A DNA stretch of 64,000 nucleotides. Origin: a bacterium (GTDB lineage Bacteria > Patescibacteriota > Minisyncoccia > Phycocordibacterales > Phycocordibacteraceae). A program made the position numbers and the translations under genes. Below the pieces are notes generated by a model. The model worked only from the letters and a program-made list of their open reading frames with translations. It was not told where the DNA came from and ran no database searches. Shown here piece after piece: positions 45,052-54,870 of the stretch (its first letter is position 1; every line of letters starts with the position of its first letter). The stretch lies in assembly GCA_037200965.1 (NCBI GenBank), contig JBBCGK010000001.1, forward strand, positions 192,001 through 256,000, written 5' to 3'.

Positions 45052-45483
45052 TTATCTGAAGTTCGCCCACGGACAGTCCTTTGTTTCCGTACCTGGCACT
45101 AGTTCCTGCGCGCCAATTACGAGCGCGTGGTCCTTCCAGAATTCGATTGTTTCCGTTGAGTCGCGACCGTCGCCGAAAGGGAACGGGGGAGTTAGACGTC
45201 CGATATAGGTCGTGAAGATATCGTATTCGTTATCTCCCGTCTTATCCATGCGAAGTACAATAGTAGTCGCGGGGCTGGGTTCATGGCCGCGCACAAAACG
45301 GCTATACCGGTCGCGATTGGGACGCTTCGCATAAAAGATATCGTCTGCTTCCGTCGTTTCTACGCAGTCCTGAATACCGATTGCTCTTCCGAATTCTATT
45401 TCAAGGCGCGGCGACGGTCCATGCGCGACAACCTGCGGCAGCGCCTCTTTCACAAGCTCCAGGAGATCCGGAACATCCTTCAA
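45052..45483 (-). CDS. Hypothetical protein
   Basis: 143-aa ORF. No recognised family. Confidence 0.45.
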   Translation of the reverse strand: MKDVPDLLELVKEALPQVVAHGPSPRLEIEFGRAIGIQDCVETTEADDIFYAKRPNRDRYSRFVRGHEPSPATTIVLRMDKTGDNEYDIFTTYIGRLTPPFPFGDGRDSTETIEFWKDHALVIGAQELVPGTETKDCPWANFR

Positions 45484-45692
45484 TCGACCGCCTTCTGCCG
45501 TTTGGCGGCGTTCGCATAGAGGATGATGTTCTGGTGACCAAGGACGGGCACAGAAATCTTACAAGGCTATATATCTAGGGAGGCCGGAATATATATGTTT
45601 ATCGTAAAGTAAACATTGTGCGCACTATAAGGAAAACAAAGGCTTTTTAAGGAGATCTTGCCCGACTAGACATTCCCGGCTTCTCTTCCCCG

Positions 45693-45953
45693 CTAGTCGC
45701 CCCACAAAATTGCGCCTTCGGAATTTATGGTTGTGACGGATACTTTTCCGACGGCATCGGTTAGCCGCACTTCCCCGGGCAGGGGAACTTTCCCGGTCAG
45801 GGGAGCGAAGACGATCTCAGAAAAATATGAAGAAGAGAGAAGTCCCCTGCCCTCCGCGAAACATATGAGCCTGACATTGCTAGTTGGTGTTATATTGGCC
45901 TGGATTATGGGAGTCTTTTCGCCTGAGGAGTATTTCGGCGCTATCAGGAACAA
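45693..45953 (-). pseudogene. Pilin C-terminal fragment lacking the prepilin N-terminus
   Basis: C-terminus IVFAPLTGKVPLPGEVRLTDAVGKVSVTTINSEGAILWGD is about 80% identical to the C-terminus of pilin 47921..48379. The N-terminal half is unrelated and has no prepilin leader. Confidence 0.45.
45701..45820 (+). repeat. Direct repeat copy A (about 120 bp, roughly 85-90% identical to 47927..48046)
   Basis: Aligned by eye: ...ggcatcggtta(g/a)ccgcacttccccgggcagg(g)gaactttcccggtcaggggag(c/a)gaagacga... Confidence 0.7.
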
Positions 45954-46401
45954 TATACGCGGGAAACGCTACTTATACGCAACAATCAGGATATTTGCCG
46001 GTCTTGGCTCGCTGCTTATCTTTATTGGCGCGATTGTCGGAGCCTTCCATGCTTTTAACATATTTAACATACAAGTACACCAGAATAGAGTCGAGCTAGA
46101 CTCTTACTATCGCAAAACTACTGAATTAACGAGTACGGATGGCACCTATACGACGACATTTCGAATCTTTGTTCACACTCCTCCATACTGGACTCCTCCA
46201 AATCCGAAAAATCTGGAAGCAGGTTTTAACTTTTACTGGCTAGGTAACCCTCAGGCTGAATGCAGTGACCCAGCCTCAAAAGGATTCTCAGAAAAATATG
46301 CAGGCTCTTATTCATCCAGTACCAGGGAATACGAGATGACGTGCAGGACCTATAGCCCGGTTCTCGACAACGGGCGGCTGATCATGATCAGGGAAAACTA
46401 G
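45868..46401 (+). CDS. Hypothetical membrane protein (islet cargo)
   Basis: Internal start MSLTLLVGVILAWIMGVF. Low GC. Confidence 0.4.
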   Translation, partial: SLTLLVGVILAWIMGVFSPEEYFGAIRNNIRGKRYLYATIRIFAGLGSLLIFIGAIVGAFHAFNIFNIQVHQNRVELDSYYRKTTELTSTDGTYTTTFRIFVHTPPYWTPPNPKNLEAGFNFYWLGNPQAECSDPASKGFSEKYAGSYSSSTREYEMTCRTYSPVLDNGRLIMIREN

Positions 46402-46417
46402 CGATAGGCCTCCCGAT

Positions 46418-46792
46418 TTAATACCCTGATACTGATCGCTGGGCCGTTTCGTAGTCGAAATCGCATAGTCGGATATCCCCTTCATACGCAGACAAGAGCG
46501 TGGCTGGCGTGCTGTCCGGGCTCTGTGCGCGCTTGAAGGTCGCAAAGGACAGCGCTATGTCCTGGGTCATCGAATTGCAGGAGGTACCGCTGTCATCCTC
46601 CACAAGGCACCAGTACTGCATGGCAGATGTGAATTTTGCCGCGGCTTTGACCGTACAGGCACGGTAGTCATTGTCTATATGGGCCCGCTTCTGGGAGTTG
46701 GCGGTATTCACATACCAACTGATCACCAAGATGACACAGATCAGTATCGCACCGTTGAGAACAAATATCTTATGAGTATTGAACCAGTTCAT
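46418..46792 (-). CDS. Hypothetical membrane protein (islet cargo)
   Basis: Internal start MNWFNTHKIFVLNGAILICVILVISWY. Low GC. Confidence 0.4.
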   Translation of the reverse strand: MNWFNTHKIFVLNGAILICVILVISWYVNTANSQKRAHIDNDYRACTVKAAAKFTSAMQYWCLVEDDSGTSCNSMTQDIALSFATFKRAQSPDSTPATLLSAYEGDIRLCDFDYETAQRSVSGY

Positions 46793-47186
46793 AACGCAAG
46801 GTTGTTTTAGTACCAATAAACGCCCCAGAGCACCGCCCCGAATGCCAGACAACCTTGCGGGAAGCCAACACCGGGACGGTGCTTTGGGTGCAAGGTTGTC
46901 CTGTATGGGGGGTGTTCGTTATGAGCCTACTTCCCTCCCCTGGAGGGGTCAAGGGAGGGAACTGCACGGAACGAAAAAGACCGCCCGTACGGGCGGTCTT
47001 TTGCTGCGACTTATTTCCGCTTTCCCTGCTCCATCACTTTACGCTGTTCCGCATTTGCCTCCCGCAATACCTGGCGCACCACTTTAACCTTGTCGGCAGA
47101 GGATCGTGAAAAGAACGCGGAGAAGTCGTTGTCCGCATGTCCCTTTTTCGCGCCGGACGAGCCAAAAAAGCCTCTTATGAAGTTGG

Positions 47187-47933
47187 TCATATAAGTACTG
47201 TATCTAGTTCTTCCACAGAGTAGCGTCCCCTGGTAAGGCGGTCAAGTTCCACGGAACTAACGTTCAAGTGAACATCCTCAGTGCCGTCTTCATAGTCTTT
47301 TATGAGCACGTTGAGCTCGACCGCCTTGCCAAACTGCTCTTTGACGGCCACGACATTTTCACGCGCACCCTTGAAAGAACGTATGAAGACATCCCTGGAC
47401 ACATGCCGTGACTCTGTCACCTCGCGAACTTTAGTAAACTCCCAGGCCTTCACCGGATCCTGAAATACGAACCATATTTCAACTAAGCGGCTCCGGGACA
47501 GCGAACGGCTGATATTCTCCGGGGCATTTCCGTAAGCGAACGTACCATCAAGTATGCAGTTGAGGTTCTTTTCGAGGGCATAGTCGTATAAGATGTTCAC
47601 CCCTTTATTCGCGGCGCTTTGGAAGAGGTGGGCATTTGCACCTGTATATCCGTCACAGAGCATGCGTATGTCGTCCGCATCTATGCGTATCGGCATATCC
47701 TTAAACCGTCTCATAAATCCTTTTGACACCTCAGTTTTGCCCGCCCCCGGCGAACCGGCCATAAACAGCGAAACCGGCTTATTCACGGGGCGACACGCGT
47801 CGGGGTGCGCGAACTTCTCTATGATTTCTTTTCTGTGGCTCTTAACAAAAGCAATCGCATCCCGTTCAATACGAGTTTCTTCTTCGGTCATCCCGGATAT
47901 CCTAACACTCTGTAGGCCTGTCACTTTCCCCAT
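47187..47933 (-). CDS. Zeta-toxin-like P-loop kinase
   Basis: Walker A FMAGSPGAGKTEVSK in a roughly 250-aa protein with zeta-toxin/AAA_33-like layout. Low GC. Confidence 0.55.
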   Translation of the reverse strand: MGKVTGLQSVRISGMTEEETRIERDAIAFVKSHRKEIIEKFAHPDACRPVNKPVSLFMAGSPGAGKTEVSKGFMRRFKDMPIRIDADDIRMLCDGYTGANAHLFQSAANKGVNILYDYALEKNLNCILDGTFAYGNAPENISRSLSRSRLVEIWFVFQDPVKAWEFTKVREVTESRHVSRDVFIRSFKGARENVVAVKEQFGKAVELNVLIKDYEDGTEDVHLNVSSVELDRLTRGRYSVEELDTVLI

Positions 47934-48379
47934 AAAACCGCACCTTCTGAATTGATGGCTGTAATGGATATCTTCCCGGCGGCATCGGTTAACCGCACTT
48001 CCCCGGGCAGGGAAACTTTCCCGGTCAGGGGAGAGAAGACGACTTCGGCAAGTCCGGAGCGCAGGGCATCCGACTTCCCTTCCAGGATAATGTCTTCGCC
48101 CTCATGCCGTGAGAAGTAGCTGCCGCCCTCGAAAATGACGAAGCCGGAATCTCCGACGTAGACGCCATGCGCGCTGGGGCCGGTACAAACTTTCGCGGCA
48201 CACACGCCGTTAAGCGCTTGCGAGCGGGCATGCAGAAGCGCGATCCGAATCGTATCCTCGTCGTTTCTCTGAAGTGTCCTTTGATAGCTCTCGAGTCCGA
48301 CGATAAGCCCGATCGCGGAGATCGTGGCAACAAGCGCTATAACGATTAACAGTTCGACGAGCGTGAAGCCGCGAGGCAT
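47921..48379 (-). CDS. Type IV pilin / pseudopilin
   Basis: Prepilin N-terminus MPRGFTLVELLIVIALVATISAI (class III signal: G, F, E5). Confidence 0.8.
   Translation of the reverse strand: MPRGFTLVELLIVIALVATISAIGLIVGLESYQRTLQRNDEDTIRIALLHARSQALNGVCAAKVCTGPSAHGVYVGDSGFVIFEGGSYFSRHEGEDIILEGKSDALRSGLAEVVFSPLTGKVSLPGEVRLTDAAGKISITAINSEGAVLWGK
47927..48046 (+). repeat. Direct repeat copy B (pilin gene 3' end)
   Basis: See copy A. Overlaps the last ~40 codons of pilin 47921..48379. Confidence 0.7.
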
Positions 48380-48381
48380 GG

Positions 48382-49446
48382 TTAGGGCGCAAGGTTCTGT
48401 GTGATGCCGTAGATCGGCGTGATTATCGCGAGCGCGACGAATCCCACGATAAGGCCCATCACGATCATGAGTACGGGCTCGATAAGGACCGCGATGCTCT
48501 TTGAGAGTTCGTCGAGCTCTTCCTCGTAGAAGTCCGCGCAGTACAAGAGGCTTTCCGAAAGCGAGCCGGTCGATTCTCCGACCGAAAGCATCTGCGCGAG
48601 CATCGGCGGGAACAGGAGCGGCTCAAGCGCGAACGCCGCCGAAACCTTTTGTCCGGTCGACACGAACTCCGCCATCTCCCCGCATGCTTTCCGGTATGCG
48701 CCGCTCCTTGTCCCGAGCGCCGCAAGTTCGACTGCGCGCACGACGCCTACCCCGCTCCCCAAGAGCGTCCCGAGCGTACGGGCCAGGCTCGCGACCGCGT
48801 ATTCCCGAAAGAGCGTTCCCAGAAGCGGAATCCGCAGGAGCGCGCGTCCGGCCGCAAGCCTTATGGACGGCACGCGAAGCAAGAGAACCGCCGCAGCCAC
48901 AACCGCCATGAGGGCGAGCAGGATATATAGCCCATAGCGCGCGAATGACTCGCTGAGAGAAATAAGAAGCCTGGTCGAGAGCGGAAGCGCTGCATGAAAG
49001 CCCTTGAATACCGGAATGATCTTCGGAAACACGTAGAGCGCAAGCAGGGTCGTGATGCCGAGCGTCGCCGCCACGATGATCGCAGGATACAGAAGCGCTC
49101 CTATGACTTTCCTTCGGAGTGCGCGCTCCTTCTTGATCGACTGCGAAAACCGCTCAAGATGCTCCGGAAGCGACCCGCTCGTCTCCCCCACTTCGACCAG
49201 ATGTACGCCGAGATCGCCGAATACGGAGCGGAACGCGGCGAGACCCGCGGAAAGAGGGCGTCCGGCCGCGACCGTCTCCCGGAGCGTATGCAGGATATGG
49301 GATGAGGAATGCGTCCGCGCCTCTTCGCCAAGAAGCGAGAGCGCGGCGACTATCGGCACGCCCGATCGGAGCATGAGCGCGAGGCGTTTCGCGAAGAGCA
49401 TCTGCTCTTCCTTGCCGAAGAGGAGGAGATACGGCCGCTTATGCAT
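48382..49446 (-). CDS. pilC: Type IV pilus assembly platform protein PilC (GspF family)
   Basis: 354 aa, polytopic membrane protein with duplicated GspF domains. Lies between pilB and the pilin gene. Confidence 0.8.
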   Translation of the reverse strand: MHKRPYLLLFGKEEQMLFAKRLALMLRSGVPIVAALSLLGEEARTHSSSHILHTLRETVAAGRPLSAGLAAFRSVFGDLGVHLVEVGETSGSLPEHLERFSQSIKKERALRRKVIGALLYPAIIVAATLGITTLLALYVFPKIIPVFKGFHAALPLSTRLLISLSESFARYGLYILLALMAVVAAAVLLLRVPSIRLAAGRALLRIPLLGTLFREYAVASLARTLGTLLGSGVGVVRAVELAALGTRSGAYRKACGEMAEFVSTGQKVSAAFALEPLLFPPMLAQMLSVGESTGSLSESLLYCADFYEEELDELSKSIAVLIEPVLMIVMGLIVGFVALAIITPIYGITQNLAP

Positions 49447-50602
49447 GGCGCATGCGGACTACCTCCTCGATCGTTGTCACGCCCTTCCATGCCTTGCCGA
49501 ACCCGTCACGGTGCATGGGAAGCATTCCGGCGGCCGCGGAAAGCTCGCGAAGCTCGTCAAGGGATGCCTTGCGGAGCACCGCCTCGCGAAGCTCCGGCGT
49601 CATTGCAAGCACTTCGAATATCCCCGTGCGGCCGCGATACCCCGTGCCTGCGCAGCTCTCACAGCCTCTTCCCCGGAAACTCGCAGCCTCGTCCGGCAAT
49701 CCTTCCGGAGAAAAGACATGCGCGAGGCTTTCCCGCTCCGCGCTTGTGAGCTCGCGACGCTCCCGGCAGTCGGCGCATATCGTGCGCACCAGCCGCTGCG
49801 CAATTACGAGACTTACGGTCGAAGCCAGAAGATATGGCTCTACCTTCATATCGAGAAGACGCGGGATCGCCGTCGGCGCATCGTTCGTATGAAGGGTCGA
49901 AAGAAGCAGATGGCCCGTGAGTGCGACATTGGTCGCCATTCCCGCAGTCTCGATATCCCGTATCTCCCCCACCATGATGACGTCGGGATCCTGGCGAAGC
50001 ATGCTCCTGAGCCCGTTTCCGAATGTAAGGCCGGTGCGCGCGTTCGCCTGTATCTGGTTGATGCCCGGGATCGAATATTCGACCGGATCCTCGATCGTAA
50101 GGATGTTCACTTCCCTTCTATTAAGAAGAGCAATGAGCGCATAGAGAGTCGAGGTCTTTCCGCTTCCGGTCGGTCCCGTGACGAGAATCATGCCGTGAGG
50201 CCGGGCAAGCGCCGTCTTGATGAGATCCGCGTGCGCGGTGGAAAACCCGAGACTTTCAAGCGGGCCCGGTTCCCTCGGAGCAAGGAGGCGCAGGACCGCG
50301 TTCTCTCCGTAATAGGTTGGCGCGATCGATACGCGGACATCGATCTGCCCTGACCTGCCGCCAAAGACAAAACGTCCGTCCTGCGCCGCCTGGTGCTCGT
50401 CGGTACGGAGTCCCGCAAGTATCTTTACGCGCGCGATAAGCTCGCCATGGAGCGTGCTCGGGACTTCGTGAGCGTCAGCCAGTTCCCCATCCACGCGGAA
50501 ACGGACGACTAGCTTTTCCTTCTGCGGATCGAGATGTATATCTGAAGATCCGCGCGCGTGCGCGGAAGCGAGCAGCTCCTCGACCAAGGCGATCGCCGAC
50601 AT
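49439..50602 (-). CDS. pilB: Type IV pilus assembly ATPase PilB (GspE family)
   Basis: Walker A VTGPTGSGKTSTLYA, Asp box, His box, tetracysteine CADC...CESCAGTG. Confidence 0.9.
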   Translation of the reverse strand: MSAIALVEELLASAHARGSSDIHLDPQKEKLVVRFRVDGELADAHEVPSTLHGELIARVKILAGLRTDEHQAAQDGRFVFGGRSGQIDVRVSIAPTYYGENAVLRLLAPREPGPLESLGFSTAHADLIKTALARPHGMILVTGPTGSGKTSTLYALIALLNRREVNILTIEDPVEYSIPGINQIQANARTGLTFGNGLRSMLRQDPDVIMVGEIRDIETAGMATNVALTGHLLLSTLHTNDAPTAIPRLLDMKVEPYLLASTVSLVIAQRLVRTICADCRERRELTSAERESLAHVFSPEGLPDEAASFRGRGCESCAGTGYRGRTGIFEVLAMTPELREAVLRKASLDELRELSAAAGMLPMHRDGFGKAWKGVTTIEEVVRMRHA

Positions 50603-50639
50603 GGCGATTGAAGCCTAACAATTCGGTTATAAGAAAAAT

Positions 50640-51596
50640 CTAAACCGAGAAATTAGAAACGGAATAGAGGTCGTCTTCCGGAGCAGGAGGAGTCGCTGGC
50701 ATGGCATCGACGTGCGTGGTATTCGCCGCAAGCGGCGCGGGCGCCTGTGCAGCGGCGTCTTTTGCGGCGAGCGCGGCGACGATGCTCGAAAGATCCTCGG
50801 AAGAAAAGAAATCGATCATAAGCCGCCCGCCTTTGTCGTTCGATTCGATCATTACGCGGGTGCCGAGCGCTTCGGTAAGCGCGCGCTCGATGGTCACCAT
50901 CTCGGGTGTCTTGCGGTGATAGCGCTTCACGCGGTCGGGTGCGATATTGCGCGCGACCTGCTCCGCGGCGCGCACTGACATCTTCTTGAGCACGATCTCC
51001 TTGAAGAGCGTCTCCTGCTCGTCAGGCTTCCCTGCGAGCATGAGAATGGTGCGCGCGTGCCCTTCGGTCATTTCCTTGTCCACGATCGCCTGCAGCATAT
51101 GTTCCGGCAAATTAAGAAGCCGTACCGTGTTCGAGACATACTCCCGGCTCATGCCGATCTTCGCGCCGATCTCCGAATGCGAAAGGCCGAATTCTACGAG
51201 CTGCTCGAGCGCCTTCGCGCGGTCGACGGCATTAAGATCCTCGCGCTGCAGGTTCTCAATGATGGCGAGCTCGAGCTTCATGCGGTCGGTCTCCTCCCCT
51301 ACCCTGATCACGACCGGCACTTCCTTAAGTCCGATGAGCTTCGAGGCCCGAAGACGCCGCTCGCCCGCGATGAGCTCGTAGACGCTTGCGAGACCGCCTT
51401 CGGGCTTCTCGATCTCTTTCCTAGTTACCGTAAGCGGCTGGAGGACGCCATACTGGCGTATGGATTCGGCGAGCGCCTTGAGGCGCGCTTCGTCGAATTC
51501 CTTCCGCGGCTGATACGGATTCGGACTTATCTTATCGACCTCCACCCAGAAGATGGAATCGTACTTGGTCGGTTCGGCGAATTTCGAGTCGTGCAT
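50640..51596 (-). CDS. parB: ParB/Spo0J-like partition protein
   Basis: ParB box GERRLRA, HTH IGMSREYVSNTVRLL. Start set at internal MHDSKF because the long track ORF (to 51917) runs through the tRNA-Leu gene. Confidence 0.75.
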   Translation of the reverse strand: MHDSKFAEPTKYDSIFWVEVDKISPNPYQPRKEFDEARLKALAESIRQYGVLQPLTVTRKEIEKPEGGLASVYELIAGERRLRASKLIGLKEVPVVIRVGEETDRMKLELAIIENLQREDLNAVDRAKALEQLVEFGLSHSEIGAKIGMSREYVSNTVRLLNLPEHMLQAIVDKEMTEGHARTILMLAGKPDEQETLFKEIVLKKMSVRAAEQVARNIAPDRVKRYHRKTPEMVTIERALTEALGTRVMIESNDKGGRLMIDFFSSEDLSSIVAALAAKDAAAQAPAPLAANTTHVDAMPATPPAPEDDLYSVSNFSV

Positions 51597-51658
51597 GATG
51601 AAAAAATAATACCATGCGCGTTGCGGCAAAGCCCAAGCGCGGGTAGGATGCATGGAAA

Positions 51659-51739
51659 GCCGGGGTGGCGAAATGGTATACGCAAGGGATTCAAAACCCC
51701 TCGCCGCAAGGCATGAGAGTTCAAGTCTCTCCCCCGGCA
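51659..51739 (+). tRNA. tRNA-Leu (anticodon CAA), class II with long variable arm
   Basis: Manual fold: acceptor GCCGGGG/CCCCGGC, anticodon loop UUCAAAA, variable arm GCC-GCAA-GGC, T-arm GAGAG-UUCAAGU-CUCUC, discriminator A. Confidence 0.7.
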
Positions 51740-51774
51740 CAGCGTGGATAGTGGATAATGGTAGGATGGTGGGT

Positions 51775-52089
51775 ATGAAAGAATTAATGGAACGTATCGC
51801 GACGGTCTGGGAATGCGACCCTTCCCGGTACCCGGAACTTGCAGGCATGGATACTACCGAAAGGAAGAACTTTCTGATCAAACATTCGGTCCTCCACATA
51901 ACCAAGACCGCAGGCAAGCTCGCCGCCCTCTGCGAGGACTACGACCATACCAAACAGACCTCTCCGGAAGCGGAGGAAAAACTGAAGGCGGCGTCCGTAA
52001 AGATGTTCATCAACGCGCTCAAGCTCGCCGAAGAGGCAGGGTTAAGCGCGGACGAATTGCTTGAGCGCGCGCCCGGATACGTAAAATAA
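51775..52089 (+). CDS. Hypothetical protein (possibly MazG-like all-alpha NTP pyrophosphatase)
   Basis: Internal start MKELMERIA... of ORF 51652..52089, whose 5' part overlaps the tRNA. Confidence 0.4.
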   Translation: MKELMERIATVWECDPSRYPELAGMDTTERKNFLIKHSVLHITKTAGKLAALCEDYDHTKQTSPEAEEKLKAASVKMFINALKLAEEAGLSADELLERAPGYVK

Positions 52090-52760
52090 TGACGCTTCGC
52101 AACATCCAATTAGATAAGAAAACCCTCAAGAAGTTCGTCGCGTCGGGCTTCATCGCGTGGAAAGAGAAACCGGTCACCTTCAAGTCGGGCCTCAGCTCGC
52201 ATGTCTATGTAGGCGGTCGCGACGATCTCACGCATGACCCGGAACTCTTGCTTGCCATAGGCGGCGCCCTCGCGAAGCGCGTGAAGGCGCTCACTCCAAA
52301 AGGCTTCCTCCCTTGCCTCATCGGCATCCCTTCCGCTGGCAGGACGCTCGCGCAGGCGGCGGCGATGCACCCTAAAGGCAAATTCGCGTTTGAAATATTG
52401 CGCGATAGGAAGAAAGCGTACGGAGCCCATAAGAAATGGGTCGACGGCAGGCCGCAGCCGAAACGGTTTTTCTATTTCACCATCGACAACACCATAACGG
52501 ATGGCGCTTCAAAATATGAGGCGTTCGAACGCCTCTGCGAAGACGGATACCCGGCAAAACGCATGAGCCATCTCATTCTCGTTGATCGCGAAGAGGGCGG
52601 CGCCGAAAAGCTCCGGGCCAGAGGCTACCGTGTCGAGACCGTCTGGAACCTTACCGACATCGTGCGCGCCTTGGTCGCGCATAAAATATGGACTCAAAAA
52701 CGCGGCGCCATAGCGCTCGCGGAAATCGCTGAAAACAGGAAAGCGGTCAGCGCGGTCTAA
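52089..52760 (+). CDS. Phosphoribosyltransferase (type I PRTase fold, orotate-PRTase-like)
   Basis: PRPP-binding-like FFYFTIDNTITDGAS and ILVDREEGG. Confidence 0.5.
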   Translation: MTLRNIQLDKKTLKKFVASGFIAWKEKPVTFKSGLSSHVYVGGRDDLTHDPELLLAIGGALAKRVKALTPKGFLPCLIGIPSAGRTLAQAAAMHPKGKFAFEILRDRKKAYGAHKKWVDGRPQPKRFFYFTIDNTITDGASKYEAFERLCEDGYPAKRMSHLILVDREEGGAEKLRARGYRVETVWNLTDIVRALVAHKIWTQKRGAIALAEIAENRKAVSAV

Positions 52761-53422
52761 ATCTTCCCCACGAGCCCCAACCCCGGCTCGAGCGTATCGT
52801 CGCCCGGCTCCCAGGAAGCGGGACATACGTTCCCCGGATGCGTCTCGACATATTGCGCGGCCTGGAGTTTCCTGAGCGTTTCCTTCCCCGAACGGCCGAC
52901 GCTGTTGTCGTGTATCTCCATAGTGCGGAGCACGCCCGACGGGTCGATGAGGAAGGTACCACGCAGCGACAACCCCTCGTCCGCAAGGAGCGGCGCTTCC
53001 CCGCCCTCGATCAACGTGCCGAATGCGTACGCGAGCTTCCCCGAAGGATCCGCCGCCATCGGGAACTTGATCTGCTTTATCGCTTCCGATGTGTCGTGCC
53101 AGGCCTTATGCGCGAAGACCGTGTCGGTGGAGACGGAGAGCACTTCCGCATTCAGTTCCCGGAACTTCGGATAGAGAGCCGCCATCTCCTGAAGCTCCGT
53201 CGGACAGACGAAGGTAAAGTCAGCCGGATAGAACATGAGGACAAGCCACGATCCCCGGAAGCCGGAGAGCTTCATGGTTTTGATCTCCTCCCCGTGAAAA
53301 ACCTCGAACTCGAAGTCGGGCACCCGCTCCCCTATCCGCACCAGGGAGGCGTATTCGCCCACCTTGTCGTGGAAATCGCCGCAATGCTCGCAATAGTTGC
53401 TTTTCTGCTCTTTCATAGCCAT
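52757..53422 (-). CDS. ahpC: Peroxiredoxin (typical 2-Cys, AhpC/Prx1)
   Basis: FYPADFTFVCPTE peroxidatic-Cys motif and resolving Cys near the C-terminus. Confidence 0.9.
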   Translation of the reverse strand: MAMKEQKSNYCEHCGDFHDKVGEYASLVRIGERVPDFEFEVFHGEEIKTMKLSGFRGSWLVLMFYPADFTFVCPTELQEMAALYPKFRELNAEVLSVSTDTVFAHKAWHDTSEAIKQIKFPMAADPSGKLAYAFGTLIEGGEAPLLADEGLSLRGTFLIDPSGVLRTMEIHDNSVGRSGKETLRKLQAAQYVETHPGNVCPASWEPGDDTLEPGLGLVGKI

Positions 53423-53461
53423 GTTCGATTAGCGCTTCATGCCATGATAGCATGCGCGAAC

Positions 53462-54328
53462 ATGAAGGCTAAAACCCGTATCGTCTGCATAATCGGCCCT
53501 ACCGCCTCGGGAAAATCGGCCAAGGCCGTCGCGCTCGCGAAAGAAAGGAACGGCGAAGTGATATCGGTGGATTCGCGGCAAGTATATCGCGGGCTCGATG
53601 TCGGAACGGAAAAGATAAGCGCCGGTGAGATGGACGGAGTCCCGCACCACCTGATCGACATCCGCGAGCCCGAGGAGGTATATACGGCACGCGATTTCGC
53701 CCGCGATGCCGAGCGGCTGATCGGGGATATTTCCTCGCGCGGCAAGCTTCCTATACTCGCCGGAGGAACGCATTTCTACTTCGACGCGCTTCTGCGCGCC
53801 GTGCCGGAGAAAGTTCCGCGAAACGCCCTTCTTCAAAAAGAACTGGAGGCGCTCCCGACGGAGGAGCTCGCGGAACGAGTCGCGAAGCTCGATCCGCGCC
53901 GCGCGTCCGAGCTCGATCCGAAAAACCGGAGACGGCTCGTCCGCGCGCTCGAGCTCATAAGCGCGCACGGCACGGTGCCGGTGCGCGATACCGCATACCG
54001 GAGCGATTATGAAATCGAATGGATCGTCCTCGATCCCTCTCCCAAAGAGTACCGGGAACGGCTTGAGGCGCGGGAGAAGGAGAAGTTTCCGCGCGGCCTT
54101 ATCGAGGAAGTCAGGCGTATCCGCGAGCGCGTGGGCGACGTACGCCTTAATGAGCTCGGACTCGAATACCGGATCATCGGGGAATATCTGCGGGGCGAAC
54201 GGACCGAGGATTCGATCCTCCCCGCCCTCTCCGCCAAGCTCTGGCAATACGCCCGGCGCCAAAGGGCCTGGGTGCGGAAACTTATGGACATCAGTTCGGA
54301 AGCTTCGTCGCGCCCGGGCAGAAGCTGA
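53462..54328 (+). CDS. miaA: tRNA dimethylallyltransferase MiaA
   Basis: P-loop IIGPTASGKSAKAV and DSRQVYRGLDVGTEK. Start at MKAKTRIV inside ORF 52838..54328. Confidence 0.85.
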   Translation: MKAKTRIVCIIGPTASGKSAKAVALAKERNGEVISVDSRQVYRGLDVGTEKISAGEMDGVPHHLIDIREPEEVYTARDFARDAERLIGDISSRGKLPILAGGTHFYFDALLRAVPEKVPRNALLQKELEALPTEELAERVAKLDPRRASELDPKNRRRLVRALELISAHGTVPVRDTAYRSDYEIEWIVLDPSPKEYRERLEAREKEKFPRGLIEEVRRIRERVGDVRLNELGLEYRIIGEYLRGERTEDSILPALSAKLWQYARRQRAWVRKLMDISSEASSRPGRS

Positions 54329-54839
54329 GACCGAGGCTTTTCCCGGCATACGCGTCATTCACGCCCGGACCCGCCGAAACCACCGTATCGAGCGCGCATA
54401 GCTGAGTGTCGCTTAGCTCAAGCGCGGTGCGCAGGGCTTGTTCCGCCGCAAGCCGGACGGACCCGAGCGGCTCGGCAAGAAGCGTGATGAGAAATTGCGG
54501 CCGCTGCGTCGTCGGGTCGGGAAGGATATAGGTAATGACAAAATCCGACGTTACGCTCCCGGCAACCTGGTATCCGGCCGCCGGACCGGCCCAATCAGGC
54601 TGGTTACTTTTCGTAAAATCAGGAACTTGAACGGTGCTCCCGTCATTGAGAATGACGGGCAAGAGATCCGAACTGGTACCGGACGTCGTCGTAACGGTTC
54701 CTGCCGGCGTTCCGAAGGGATTCGTAGCGGGATTCTGTACCGGGAGCTCGGCGCTATGTGGCCGGATCAGATAAAAAGCCAGCACGGCTATAATCGCAAC
54801 AAGTATCACTGCCGCGGTGATGATCAGTTTCGCTTTCAT
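54291..54839 (-). CDS. Hypothetical membrane-anchored protein
   Basis: N-terminal TM MKAKLIITAAVILVAIIAVLAFYL. 182 aa. Confidence 0.5.
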   Translation of the reverse strand: MKAKLIITAAVILVAIIAVLAFYLIRPHSAELPVQNPATNPFGTPAGTVTTTSGTSSDLLPVILNDGSTVQVPDFTKSNQPDWAGPAAGYQVAGSVTSDFVITYILPDPTTQRPQFLITLLAEPLGSVRLAAEQALRTALELSDTQLCALDTVVSAGPGVNDAYAGKSLGLSFCPGATKLPN

Positions 54840-54870
54840 GGCAAGATATTCATTAGCATACCATTTCGCG

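Noticed and set aside
51597-51917. N-terminal 107 aa of the 425-aa ParB ORF
   Set aside because: It runs through the tRNA-Leu gene and has no ParB similarity. The real start is the internal MHDSKF.
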